This document shows, piece by piece, positions 12,618 through 22,063 of a DNA stretch of 64,000 bases. The notes under the pieces are model-generated. The model saw nothing but the letters and a program-made list of their open reading frames with translations. It made no database searches and was not told the DNA's origin. Numbering within the stretch: the first letter of the stretch is position 1; every line of letters begins with the position of its first letter. Source of the stretch: Hyphomonadaceae bacterium (lineage in GTDB: Bacteria; Pseudomonadota; Alphaproteobacteria; Caulobacterales; Aquidulcibacteraceae); contig JANRIM010000017.1 in the NCBI GenBank assembly GCA_033764865.1, forward strand, positions 14,760 through 78,759, written 5' to 3'. Made by a program: the position numbers and the translations under genes.

Positions 12618-13067
12618 TCAAGGCGCGCTTACGGGCGCATCCGGCCAGAAGCCGTCATCCATCACCTCCGCGAGGGTGAAGGGGTTGGTCTCTGGGAACG
12701 TCTCCGACGGAAGGTCGGTCTCTCCAACGGCGTCGATGCGCGCGGTCTCGTAGGCGCTGCCCAGCAGCTCATCCCGACGCGACTTGAGCCCCGGGTTACC
12801 ATCGAGATGTCGCGCGATTTCGAGCCGCTCCCGACGGATGGTGGATTCCCAGCTGCGGCTACGCCGCTCGGGCTGGTAGGCCCATTTCAGCAGGTGCATC
12901 AGCAAGGTGATGTAGCGGCTGCGCAGCTCCGCCGCCTGGCTTTTCCCCACGCTCTCGATCTCCTCGGCGAGGTTGTCCCAATCGAGCTCATTGCTGGAGC
13001 GCCGGCGCAGCGCATCCGCCTGAGCGAGAGCCCACGTGTAGGCGTCGGTATCGTAGGTGGAGGTCAT
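12618..13067 (-). CDS. DUF29 family protein
   Basis: YDTDAYTWALAQADALRRRSSNELDWDNLAEEIESVGKSQ…LLMHLLKWAYQPERRSRSWESTI matches the DUF29 pattern. Confidence 0.75.
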   Translation of the reverse strand: MTSTYDTDAYTWALAQADALRRRSSNELDWDNLAEEIESVGKSQAAELRSRYITLLMHLLKWAYQPERRSRSWESTIRRERLEIARHLDGNPGLKSRRDELLGSAYETARIDAVGETDLPSETFPETNPFTLAEVMDDGFWPDAPVSAP

Positions 13068-13098
13068 CGCAGGATGATAGCCGATTTTCGGCGCAGCG

Positions 13099-13173
13099 TC
13101 ATGCCGCCCTGCCCGCCGCGACTTCGGCGCGGGCCCAATCTTCGAGGTCCTTGGGGAGGGTGATGGCGGTCAT
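13099..13173 (-). pseudogene. 24-aa remnant resembling the N-terminus of a ParD/RHH-type antitoxin
   Basis: MTAITLPKDLEDWARAEVAAGRAA then TGA. This resembles the L-P-x-x-L-x-x-W/F-V-x-x-x-V-A-S-G-R start of ParD-like antitoxins. It ends 31 nt upstream of the DUF29 start. Confidence 0.35.
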
Positions 13174-13306
13174 GTCCGAGACATGTAATGCGCATCGAGG
13201 GAGACATAACCGGTGTCTGTCCGCGAAAGATAGGGCGACCTAGCCCGCCACGAGAACAGATCGCGAATCGTGCAATATAGCACCGTCGTCGATTGAGGTT
13301 TCTTCC

Positions 13307-13693
13307 GTGATTGGTCAGTTTCAGGCCGAATTTGCCAACATGCCCATGGCATTCATTGGCGCTGTTTCAGGTACATTGTCTTTCTTGTTCGGCAGTACAT
13401 TGGCAGCGTTGTCGCTCATTAAACCGACAAGAATTGGCCCTTTGGAAATCAAATTATCCGGCCCGCAATTCAGGGCGTTGGCGGCACCGCTTATTGCAGT
13501 GTCCGTTGCAATGAGCTGCGGCCTCTTTGCGGGCTTCATTATGCGGTTTCATTGGCTCGCGGGCGCTCTTGCTACAGCAATTCTTGTGTTCTTGTCTGCC
13601 ATACTCATGAGCGCAGCCGCTGGCCTACTACTGCAGCCATGGATACAAATAGTCGGAACCATTAGAAAATCATCCAAGACGGATCCTGGGTAG
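13307..13693 (+). CDS. hypothetical membrane protein in a low-GC islet (possibly decaying)
   Basis: 128 aa and very hydrophobic. Local GC is about 48-50% against about 70% in the flanks. After the TAG at 13691 the same frame stays open and hydrophobic, running into the sucC 3' end. Confidence 0.35.
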   Translation: MIGQFQAEFANMPMAFIGAVSGTLSFLFGSTLAALSLIKPTRIGPLEIKLSGPQFRALAAPLIAVSVAMSCGLFAGFIMRFHWLAGALATAILVFLSAILMSAAAGLLLQPWIQIVGTIRKSSKTDPG

Positions 13694-13991
13694 TGGTTCA
13701 TAGGCCTTTCGCCTCTCGACGACGTCGTATCGCGTTGTTGCACGGGAATTTCATGGCTCGCGATCATCGGCATAGCGTTCGGGATTGCGGAGCCTTGGTT
13801 CTCCGCCATCGCAAAAATAGCGACTGAGCCCGGAGCTGAACCACTGATTGCCCCGCTTGGGCTGTTTTCCCTCATGCTCGTTGGCGTGGCTGTCGCCGGA
13901 TCAGTCGAAACAATCCAAAAAATATCCGTCACCATATTTACGGCGCAAGCGGGAGTTAGATGGGCTGACTCCTCGCTGGCGACTATAGCGG

Positions 13992-15185
<1,194 letters not shown>

Positions 15186-15286
15186 CGGCGGGGCCTTTCA
15201 GCGCACGGTGGGGAGAAATCGGGCCGGGTATCGCAAGGCGCCGTCCACGGGGCAAGGCCCACCCGTGGCGCCCCTGGTTTGCCGCG

Positions 15287-16540
15287 TCAGCGCGCCGGCG
15301 CTTCCGCAGCGGCGCCGGGCGCATTATCGCCATAGGCGATCTCCGCCGCCGCCACGCTGGTGGCCTGCTGCGGCGCCACCGCTTCCTTGGAGGTCTGCAG
15401 GGAGGGTTCGCGTTCGCCGCGCCGGTGCAGCATGAATGCCGCGAGGCCCGCCGCAGAGAGACCCGCGAACCAGAACATCGCCGACCGGCCCGCCGCCTCC
15501 ACCGCCACGCCCAGCAACAGCGGCCCCACGATGGAGCCCGTGGCCCAGACGAACAAAAGCCCGCTGGCCGCCTGCGCGATGCGGCCGGGCTCCGCGCGAT
15601 CGGCCATGTGCGCGGTGGCGATGCCGTAGAACGAAAGCCCCCCTGCCCCCCACAACGCAAACAGCGCCGCCGAGGCGGCGAATGGCAGTGACCCGCCGAT
15701 CACCGCCAGCGCCAGCGCCGACGCCGCCGCCAGCGCCGCCAGCCCCGCCATCACAAGGCGCCGGTCGATCCGGTCCGACAGCTTGCCCGCCGGCCATTGC
15801 AGCAGCAGGGAGCCCAGCCACGCCGACGACTGGAAACTCGCCGCCGAGGCCGCGCCGAAGTGCTCTTCCGCGTAAAGCGGCGCAAGCGTCATCACGCCCG
15901 CGTTGATAAAGCCCGCAAAGAACGCCGCCGTCACCGCTGCGGGGGCCACGTTGAACTGGTCGCGCAGCGCCAGCGGCTGCGCGCGCGGGGGATCGGGCTG
16001 CGGCTGGGTGGTGAGCGTGATGGGCACCACCGCCATCGCCATCAACGCGCCCGCGATCATCAGCGGGGCCGCGCCGTCCATCGGCGCGCCGAAGGCGAGG
16101 AACGGCCCGAGCGTGAGCGCCGCCTTCGTCAGCACCTGGTAGACGCCCATGGCGCCGCCGCGTTCCTCCTTGCGCACCGAGGCGCTCATCCAGGAGTCCA
16201 CCGCCACGAACACGAGCGCGATCGCCCCGCCCATCACGCCGCGCAGCAGTGCCCACGAGATCGGATCCGCCGCCATGAACAGCATGAGCGTGCTGGCCGT
16301 GACCACGGAGGCCGAGGCCGCGAACACGCGGATGTGGCCCACGCGCGCGAGCATCGTGGGCCCGAACCACGCGCCGGCCATGAAGCCTGCGGAGTACATG
16401 GCGCCCACGAAGCCGATGGCGGCGCCCTTGAGCCCGTCGGCGTGCATGGCCAACGGCAGCTGCACGCCCATCAGGCCCTGGGCGGCCTGCAGGATGGTGA
16501 TGGCGACGATGAGCGACGCGATGGCGCGGAGCGAGGTCAT
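15287..16540 (-). CDS. MFS transporter
   Basis: 417 aa with about 12 hydrophobic segments and MFS-like loop motifs. Confidence 0.85.
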   Translation of the reverse strand: MTSLRAIASLIVAITILQAAQGLMGVQLPLAMHADGLKGAAIGFVGAMYSAGFMAGAWFGPTMLARVGHIRVFAASASVVTASTLMLFMAADPISWALLRGVMGGAIALVFVAVDSWMSASVRKEERGGAMGVYQVLTKAALTLGPFLAFGAPMDGAAPLMIAGALMAMAVVPITLTTQPQPDPPRAQPLALRDQFNVAPAAVTAAFFAGFINAGVMTLAPLYAEEHFGAASAASFQSSAWLGSLLLQWPAGKLSDRIDRRLVMAGLAALAAASALALAVIGGSLPFAASAALFALWGAGGLSFYGIATAHMADRAEPGRIAQAASGLLFVWATGSIVGPLLLGVAVEAAGRSAMFWFAGLSAAGLAAFMLHRRGEREPSLQTSKEAVAPQQATSVAAAEIAYGDNAPGAAAEAPAR

Positions 16541-16773
16541 GACGGGTGCGTGTTAAGGCCGTTCGGCCCGGTTTGGCCACACCGCAGGCCCCCAAGAACA
16601 TCGGGCCTAGCTTTCACCGCAATTCGCAGGTATGCCTTCCTGATCGAGTTTCGGCCGACGACTTGGCCCGGCCCTCAAGGGCCCTGCTGACGCACTCTTC
16701 CCTACATCGATACGTCCGGCGAAAGCGCGTCCGCGCGCGATCGTCCTTTATTTGACTACGCAAGGATACTCCC

Positions 16774-16983
16774 ATGACCACGGGAACAGTGAAATGGTTC
16801 AACCCTGACAAGGGCTTCGGCTTCATCCAGCCCGACAACGGCGGCAAGGACGTGTTCGTCCACATCAGCGCCGTGGAAGCGGCCGGCATGCGCAGCCTGA
16901 ACGAAGGCCAGAAGGTCGAGTTCGAAGAGCAGGCGGACCGGCGCACGGGCAAGAACGCGGCGGGCAACCTCCGCGCGCTCTGA
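16774..16983 (+). CDS. cspA: cold-shock protein (CspA family)
   Basis: [17 protein letters not shown] (RNP1) and VFVHISA (RNP2). A long (about 230 nt) upstream non-coding leader is present. Confidence 0.95.
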   Translation: MTTGTVKWFNPDKGFGFIQPDNGGKDVFVHISAVEAAGMRSLNEGQKVEFEEQADRRTGKNAAGNLRAL

Positions 16984-17006
16984 GCGCCCGCTCACTGACG
17001 ATTGAG

Positions 17007-17041
17007 ACGGCCCCCGCGCGGCGACGCCGGGGGCCGTTTTC
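17007..17041 (+). terminator. rho-independent terminator after cspA
   Basis: The stem acggcccccg (17007-17016) pairs with cgggggccgt (17028-17037) and is followed by tttt. Confidence 0.65.
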
Positions 17042-17062
17042 GTGTGCGCCCCGCCTTCGCGC

Positions 17063-17623
17063 TCAGCCGAAGAACACCGCCCACATCAGCCGTCCCGGCA
17101 GGAACGTGAACGCGCCAGCCACCACGAGGCCGCCCATGAACAGGCCGGTCATCACCCGGCGGTGGCGGGCCACGTCGCGGCGACGGATCGCCACCACGCC
17201 CATGGGCAGCATCACGGCCGTCCACCCCGAGAGCAGGTGGATGAGGCTCAGCCGGTCGCCGTTGATCCCGTGCAGGAAGAACGAGCTCGCCGCGGTCACC
17301 GCCATGGCGACGACCCACATCCACCCCAGCGCCTTGTGCAGGCCCACGCCCTTGGGGCGCAGCATCAGGAACAGCCCGATGGCCAACGCCGTCAGCGCCG
17401 CGCCCAGGTGCAGCAGCAGCAACGGCGGCTGTCGCGCCACGAGGGCGAAATCCGGCGCCTTCAGACGCCAGTCCCGCTGCATCAGCGTGAGCGGATCGAG
17501 GCCCGCCCACGTGAGCGCGCCGAACACGATGGCCAGCATCGCCGCCCAGCCCGCGATGCGGACGGCCGGGCGCGCGGCGAGCGGCGTGCGTGCGGCGGCG
17601 GGCTTGCTGGGGGTGCGGGTCAT
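17063..17623 (-). CDS. membrane protein (DUF2306-like)
   Basis: Only the C-terminal 186 aa of the 596-aa tracked ORF look coding. They start at MTRTPSKP and contain several TM helices; the rest is antisense to the LytTR gene. Confidence 0.6.
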   Translation of the reverse strand: MTRTPSKPAAARTPLAARPAVRIAGWAAMLAIVFGALTWAGLDPLTLMQRDWRLKAPDFALVARQPPLLLLHLGAALTALAIGLFLMLRPKGVGLHKALGWMWVVAMAVTAASSFFLHGINGDRLSLIHLLSGWTAVMLPMGVVAIRRRDVARHRRVMTGLFMGGLVVAGAFTFLPGRLMWAVFFG

Positions 17624-17630
17624 GCGGCAT

Positions 17631-17670
17631 CTCCTTGCGCGAACGGCGTGTGGCGCGCCCTCCTTGCGCG
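17631..17670. promoter_or_regulatory. two perfect 11-nt direct repeats (ctccttgcgcg) in a divergent promoter region
   Basis: Copies at 17631-17641 and 17660-17670 lie inside the 60-nt gap between the DUF2306-like and LytTR genes. Confidence 0.3.
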
Positions 17671-17683
17671 CCCGCCCCTCCGG

Positions 17684-18502
17684 ATGCCCGTCCGCATGCG
17701 CGAACCGACCGGTGAACTTCGTGGACCGCGCGCCGGCGCCGTTGGCGAAGCGCGAACGGCGGGCCTTCTCTCCGTGGACAATCTCCGCGGCTTCGCCATC
17801 GCCGCCGCCGCCGGCGTGTTCATGGCCTGGGTCAACGCCTTCGACATGGGCGACGCCCCCCTCGCGCAGCGCCTGCTCTACTGGGTGCCGCTGATGATGG
17901 CGGGCGCCGGCATCGGCAAGGTCGTGGGCGTGGCGGCGTCCCGACAGCGGCGCATCCGCGAGAGCCGGCTCCTGCTGTGGGCCACCGTCACCACGGTCGT
18001 GGCCCTGCCCACCACGCTGATGGTGTGGGGGTACACCGGCCTCGTGTTCGGCGCCCGCGGCCTCGAGACCCTGCCCTATTACTTCGGCGCGGTGCTGCCC
18101 GTGTCGGCGGCCATGTCGGGCATCATGATGCTGGTCAATGCGCCGGGCGCCGCCACGCACGCCCCGCCCGCGGGCGCCCCCGCGCCCGACATCCGCCTCG
18201 CGCGCCGCCTGCCGGCGAAGATCATGGGCGGCGCCATCTGGGCGGTCTCTGCGGAGGATCACTACCTGCGCGTCCACACCTCCAGGGGCGCCGACATGAT
18301 CCTCATGCGCCTGGCCGACGCCATGGCCGAACTGGAGGGCGTGGAGGGCGCGCAGGTGCACCGCTCCTGGTGGGTCGCGAAGGACGGCGTGGCCGAGGTC
18401 AAGCGCGACGGCGCGCGCGTGACGCTGGTGCTCAAGAACGGCGCCGAAGCCCCCGTCAGCCGCCCGAACGTGAAGGCGCTGAAGGCGGCGGGGTGGTTCT
18501 AG
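17684..18502 (+). CDS. membrane protein with C-terminal LytTR DNA-binding domain
   Basis: TM segments are followed by IWAVSAEDHYLRVHTSRGADMILMRLADAMAEL…QVHRSWWV. The start could be ATG 17684 or 17696. Confidence 0.7.
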   Translation: MPVRMREPTGELRGPRAGAVGEARTAGLLSVDNLRGFAIAAAAGVFMAWVNAFDMGDAPLAQRLLYWVPLMMAGAGIGKVVGVAASRQRRIRESRLLLWATVTTVVALPTTLMVWGYTGLVFGARGLETLPYYFGAVLPVSAAMSGIMMLVNAPGAATHAPPAGAPAPDIRLARRLPAKIMGGAIWAVSAEDHYLRVHTSRGADMILMRLADAMAELEGVEGAQVHRSWWVAKDGVAEVKRDGARVTLVLKNGAEAPVSRPNVKALKAAGWF

Positions 18503-18930
18503 CTCAGCCGCGCGAACGGGTTGGAGCAGGTGATCGCGTAGGCGACGAACTCCACTGGCTCGTCGTTCGCCGCGCGCTGGAAGTAGGTGGAGCCGAGCAG
18601 GAAGCGCGTGACCATGGCGGCCTTGAAGCCGGCGTATACGGGATGGCCGCCCAACAGCCGGTCCACGCCGCCGGGGCCGATCAGCTGCGCCGCGCGGGCG
18701 AGCCAGGCGCCCTTGCTGCGGGTGTCCGCCGTGGCGGCGGCCACATACGCGGCGGCGAAGGCCTCCACCGCGCCGGGCGCGAGCGGCTCGTCCCTCAAGA
18801 CATGGCGCAGCAGCGCCGCCACATAGCGCTCCAGCGTGCCGGCGAACGCCCACCCCGCGCCCGCGACGCCCACCGCGGCTGCAGCGCCGGCGCCGAGCAT
18901 CGCCGCGCGGCGGGAGATGCGCGCGCTCAC
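18499..18930 (-). CDS. small Tat-signal protein, probable partner subunit of the GMC oxidoreductase
   Basis: The GTG start overlaps the GMC stop (GTGA). Twin-arginine motif ISRRAAMLGAGAAAAVGVAG. The rest of the tracked 452-aa ORF is antisense to the GMC gene. Confidence 0.55.
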   Translation of the reverse strand: MSARISRRAAMLGAGAAAAVGVAGAGWAFAGTLERYVAALLRHVLRDEPLAPGAVEAFAAAYVAAATADTRSKGAWLARAAQLIGPGGVDRLLGGHPVYAGFKAAMVTRFLLGSTYFQRAANDEPVEFVAYAITCSNPFARLS

Positions 18931-20384
18931 GTGAGCCGCCCCGCCAGCCGCTCCGCCGCGCGCAAGGACAGCGCCGCCGCCGTGAGCGACGGGTTCACGC
19001 TGCCCATGGTGGGAAACACCGACGTGCCGACCACCACGAGGTTGCGGTGCGTGTGATGCAGGAGATCGGCGTCCACCACCGAGTCCGCCGCCGAGACGCC
19101 CATGCGCGTGGTGCCCTGCAGGTGGCCCATGGCGGGCCGGATGAAGCTCTCGCCCACGGACTCCACCGGCAGGCCGGCCAGCACGTCCGGCAGCGCGTCG
19201 ATGGCCGCGCGCATGCCGCGCATGGCGTAGTCGCTGAAGCCCGCATGGCGGACGGTGGGCATGGGCCCGCCGTCGTCCACCACGCCGTCCTCGAGGCGCA
19301 GCACGTCCTCCACGTAGAGGCTGATGTGCTGGATCTGGCGCCAGCGACCGGGCGTCATGCGCAGGCCGTGGCTGGCGACCATGTTGTCGAAGTAATAGAC
19401 CACCGACCCCATCGTCCCGCGCTGCGGCGTATCCAGCCGGGCGAGGTTGAAGCAGGTGCTGGCGGTGCCGCCGTCGAAGCCGTCCACCCCGTCCAGCAGC
19501 ACGGGCACGTGCACGTACATCTTCTCGCCGAAGTAGCCGCCCAGCCCGTGCCCGCCCGTGACGCCGGAGCGCATGAGGATCCACGGATTGAAAATGGCGT
19601 TGGCGCCCAGGACGACGAGATCCCCGCGGACGCGATGGTCGCGACCTGCGTGGACGAAGGCGGCGCCCGTGACACGACCGCCCGCCACCTCCAGCGTGCG
19701 CACCTCGGCCTCCGTGCAGATCGACACGCCGGGGTGGCCGAGGACGTCGGCGAGGCCGTTGAGCGCGGTGAACTTCGCGCCGGTGGGGCACAGGTTGCAC
19801 ACAGCGGAGGCGCAGCATCGCCCCCGCCCTTCCACCGCGCGCGTGAGGCGCGCGCACGGGATGCGATGGTGCATGTGCCCCGGCCGGCGGCGCAGGATTT
19901 CATCGACGGTGGACAGCGCGTGCGGCGGCTGCGGATAGCCCCGCGTTCCGGGAAAGACGCCGCCCAGATCGTCCGGCCCCGCCACCAGCATGATCCGCTC
20001 CGCATCCTCGTAGTACGGGACGAGATCGTCGTAGCTGAGCGGCCAGTCCGCCCCCACGCCGTGACGGGACTTCAGCGTGAAATCACTGGGATGCAGGCGC
20101 GGCGCGAGCGCCCACCAGCAATTGGTGGAGCCGCCGAGGCCCACGGTGAAGATCCACTCCTTGCCGCTTTCGTTCACGAACGTGGCGTCGTGGGCGATGT
20201 CGGCGTTGGCGTTGTTGGCGAGTTGCCAGGCGGCGTCGTTGTGGCGTCCGCGCTCCAGCACCAGCACGCGCGCGCGTGGACGCAGCGCCAGGAACCGCTT
20301 CAGGAAGAACAGCGACCCGAACCCGGACCCGACGACGACGACGTCCCACGGACCGGCCGTATCCTGCGCGCCGACGAACTTCAT
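18927..20384 (-). CDS. GMC family FAD-dependent oxidoreductase
   Basis: DVVVVGSGFGS FAD fold; C-terminal HLQGTTRMG…NLVVVGTSVFPTMGSVNPSLTAAALSLRAA. Confidence 0.85.
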   Translation of the reverse strand: MKFVGAQDTAGPWDVVVVGSGFGSLFFLKRFLALRPRARVLVLERGRHNDAAWQLANNANADIAHDATFVNESGKEWIFTVGLGGSTNCWWALAPRLHPSDFTLKSRHGVGADWPLSYDDLVPYYEDAERIMLVAGPDDLGGVFPGTRGYPQPPHALSTVDEILRRRPGHMHHRIPCARLTRAVEGRGRCCASAVCNLCPTGAKFTALNGLADVLGHPGVSICTEAEVRTLEVAGGRVTGAAFVHAGRDHRVRGDLVVLGANAIFNPWILMRSGVTGGHGLGGYFGEKMYVHVPVLLDGVDGFDGGTASTCFNLARLDTPQRGTMGSVVYYFDNMVASHGLRMTPGRWRQIQHISLYVEDVLRLEDGVVDDGGPMPTVRHAGFSDYAMRGMRAAIDALPDVLAGLPVESVGESFIRPAMGHLQGTTRMGVSAADSVVDADLLHHTHRNLVVVGTSVFPTMGSVNPSLTAAALSLRAAERLAGRLT

Positions 20385-20432
20385 CGCCCGCGTGTCCGGC
20401 GCCGCAAGACCGGTGTCAATGCGACGGGACCG

Positions 20433-21893
20433 CTACCGCGCCGCGCCCACCGGCTGCGGCGCCGCGGGAGCCCGGAAGTCCCAGTCCATCTCCGCGGCGA
20501 GCCACACGGCGGCGGCGTAGACAGCCACGTTCTGGCGCAGTTCGGCGCGGTCGATCTTGTCGAGCGTGTCGTCGGGCGTGTGGTGGTAGTCGAAATAGTC
20601 CCAACCGTTCTGGCCCAGCTCCAGCATGGGCACGCCCGCCGCGCGCATCGGCCCCAGGTCGGGCCCGCCGTTGGCGGTATTGTCGCCCAGCGTCACCGCC
20701 AGCGGCGCGACGGCCGCGTGCAGCGCGCGCGCGTACGGCAAGGCGCCCTCGCCCACCCGTGTGCGCAGCCGCCAGATGGCGCGGGCGCCGAAATCGCTCT
20801 CCGCGGCGATCACATGCTTGTCGAGGCTCGCCGCGTGCCGCTCCGCATACGCGCGCCCGCCATGGATGCCGGTTTCCTCCGCGCCGAACATGACCACGCG
20901 GATGGTGCGGCGCGGACGGCGCGGCAGGTCGCGGATCAGCTTGGCGGCGGCGGTGGTGATGGCCACGCCGGCGCCGTCGTCGAGCGCGCCGGTGCCCTGG
21001 TCCCACGAATCGAGGTGGCCGCCGATGAGCACGATCTCCTCGGGCCGCTCCCGGCCCACGATCTCGCCCACCACGTTGCCCGACGGCGCGTTCTCCCGCG
21101 TCTCCACCGCGATCTCCAGCGTGAGCCGCACCGGGCCGCGCGCCATCAGGCGCGCGAGCTGGTCGGCGTCCGGCGGTGAAATGGCGGCGGCGGGAAACGC
21201 CACGCCCGCAGGCTGGCGCGCACTGCCGCCCTGGTGCGCGAAGCGGTGGGAGTGGGTGCCCACGGAGCGGATCACGCACGCCAGCGCGCCCTTGCTCTGT
21301 GCCGCTGGCGCGCACGCGCCGCGCTTGGCCACGCCCTGCCCGTATCCCGAACCGTCCTGCGACCGCACGGTCGGTTCGTCGATGAACACGATGCGCCCGG
21401 CCACCGCCTCCGCGGGGGCGGCGTTGAACGCCGCCATGGACGCAAAGCGCACCACCTCCCCCTGCACGCCTCCCGCCGGCGTCGGCGCCGAGCCGCCAAG
21501 CGCCACGACCACGAAGGTCTGCGTCGCGCCGTCCGCGGCGGTCACGGTCGCACGCTCCAGCGTGCGCGCCCAATACGGGATCGCGAACGGCTCCACGCGC
21601 ACATTCTGGAAGCCCAGCGCCTTGAGCTGCGCCACGCCCCACGCCCGCGCGCGCGCCTCAGCCTCCGAGCCCGCCAGCCGCGCGCCCACCTCGGTGGTGA
21701 GGCTCTCCACAATGCCGTAGGCCAGATCGCTCTCCAGCGCCGCGGCGCGCAACCGCTCCACCGTGGCCTGCGCGGCGGGCGGAATGGGCGCCACAGCCGG
21801 CGGCGTGGGCGGCGCGAGGATCGGGTTGGACGGCGTCTGCGCAGCGGCGGACGCGACGAACAGGGCGGCGAGAAGGGAAACGAGGAGGCGCAT
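20433..21893 (-). CDS. M28 family aminopeptidase, exported
   Basis: Signal peptide MRLLVSLLAALFVASAAAQ; metal-ligand region GGHLDSWDQGTGALDDGAGVA. Confidence 0.85.
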   Translation of the reverse strand: MRLLVSLLAALFVASAAAQTPSNPILAPPTPPAVAPIPPAAQATVERLRAAALESDLAYGIVESLTTEVGARLAGSEAEARARAWGVAQLKALGFQNVRVEPFAIPYWARTLERATVTAADGATQTFVVVALGGSAPTPAGGVQGEVVRFASMAAFNAAPAEAVAGRIVFIDEPTVRSQDGSGYGQGVAKRGACAPAAQSKGALACVIRSVGTHSHRFAHQGGSARQPAGVAFPAAAISPPDADQLARLMARGPVRLTLEIAVETRENAPSGNVVGEIVGRERPEEIVLIGGHLDSWDQGTGALDDGAGVAITTAAAKLIRDLPRRPRRTIRVVMFGAEETGIHGGRAYAERHAASLDKHVIAAESDFGARAIWRLRTRVGEGALPYARALHAAVAPLAVTLGDNTANGGPDLGPMRAAGVPMLELGQNGWDYFDYHHTPDDTLDKIDRAELRQNVAVYAAAVWLAAEMDWDFRAPAAPQPVGAAR

Positions 21894-22063
21894 GCCGCGA
21901 CCATCGCCGCCCGCGCCCGCGCGCGCAACACCGGGTCGCCCCTGAGGCGTGCACGGGACGCCGGGGACCGCGGGTCAACACGTGGGCCGCGTCTTCACGG
22001 TTCCCACCACCGTGTCTTCCGGACTAGAACGACCGCCTGGGACGTCGCGTTTGGGGAAGCACC

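Noticed and set aside
13549-13935. 128-aa minus-strand ORF in the low-GC islet.
   Set aside because: It overlaps the hydrophobic plus-strand frame. It has no start context or recognisable features, and the plus-strand frame has the more protein-like (TM-helix) pattern.
17624-18853. N-terminal 400+ aa of the 596-aa minus-strand ORF 17063..18853.
   Set aside because: Only the C-terminal 186 aa (from MTRTPSKP) look like a membrane protein. The remainder is antisense to the LytTR gene. The same logic was applied to 18499..19857 (kept only 18499..18930) and 35708..36967 (kept only 35708..36481).
19047-21179. 710-aa plus-strand ORF.
   Set aside because: It is antisense to the GMC oxidoreductase and M28 peptidase genes, with no motifs.
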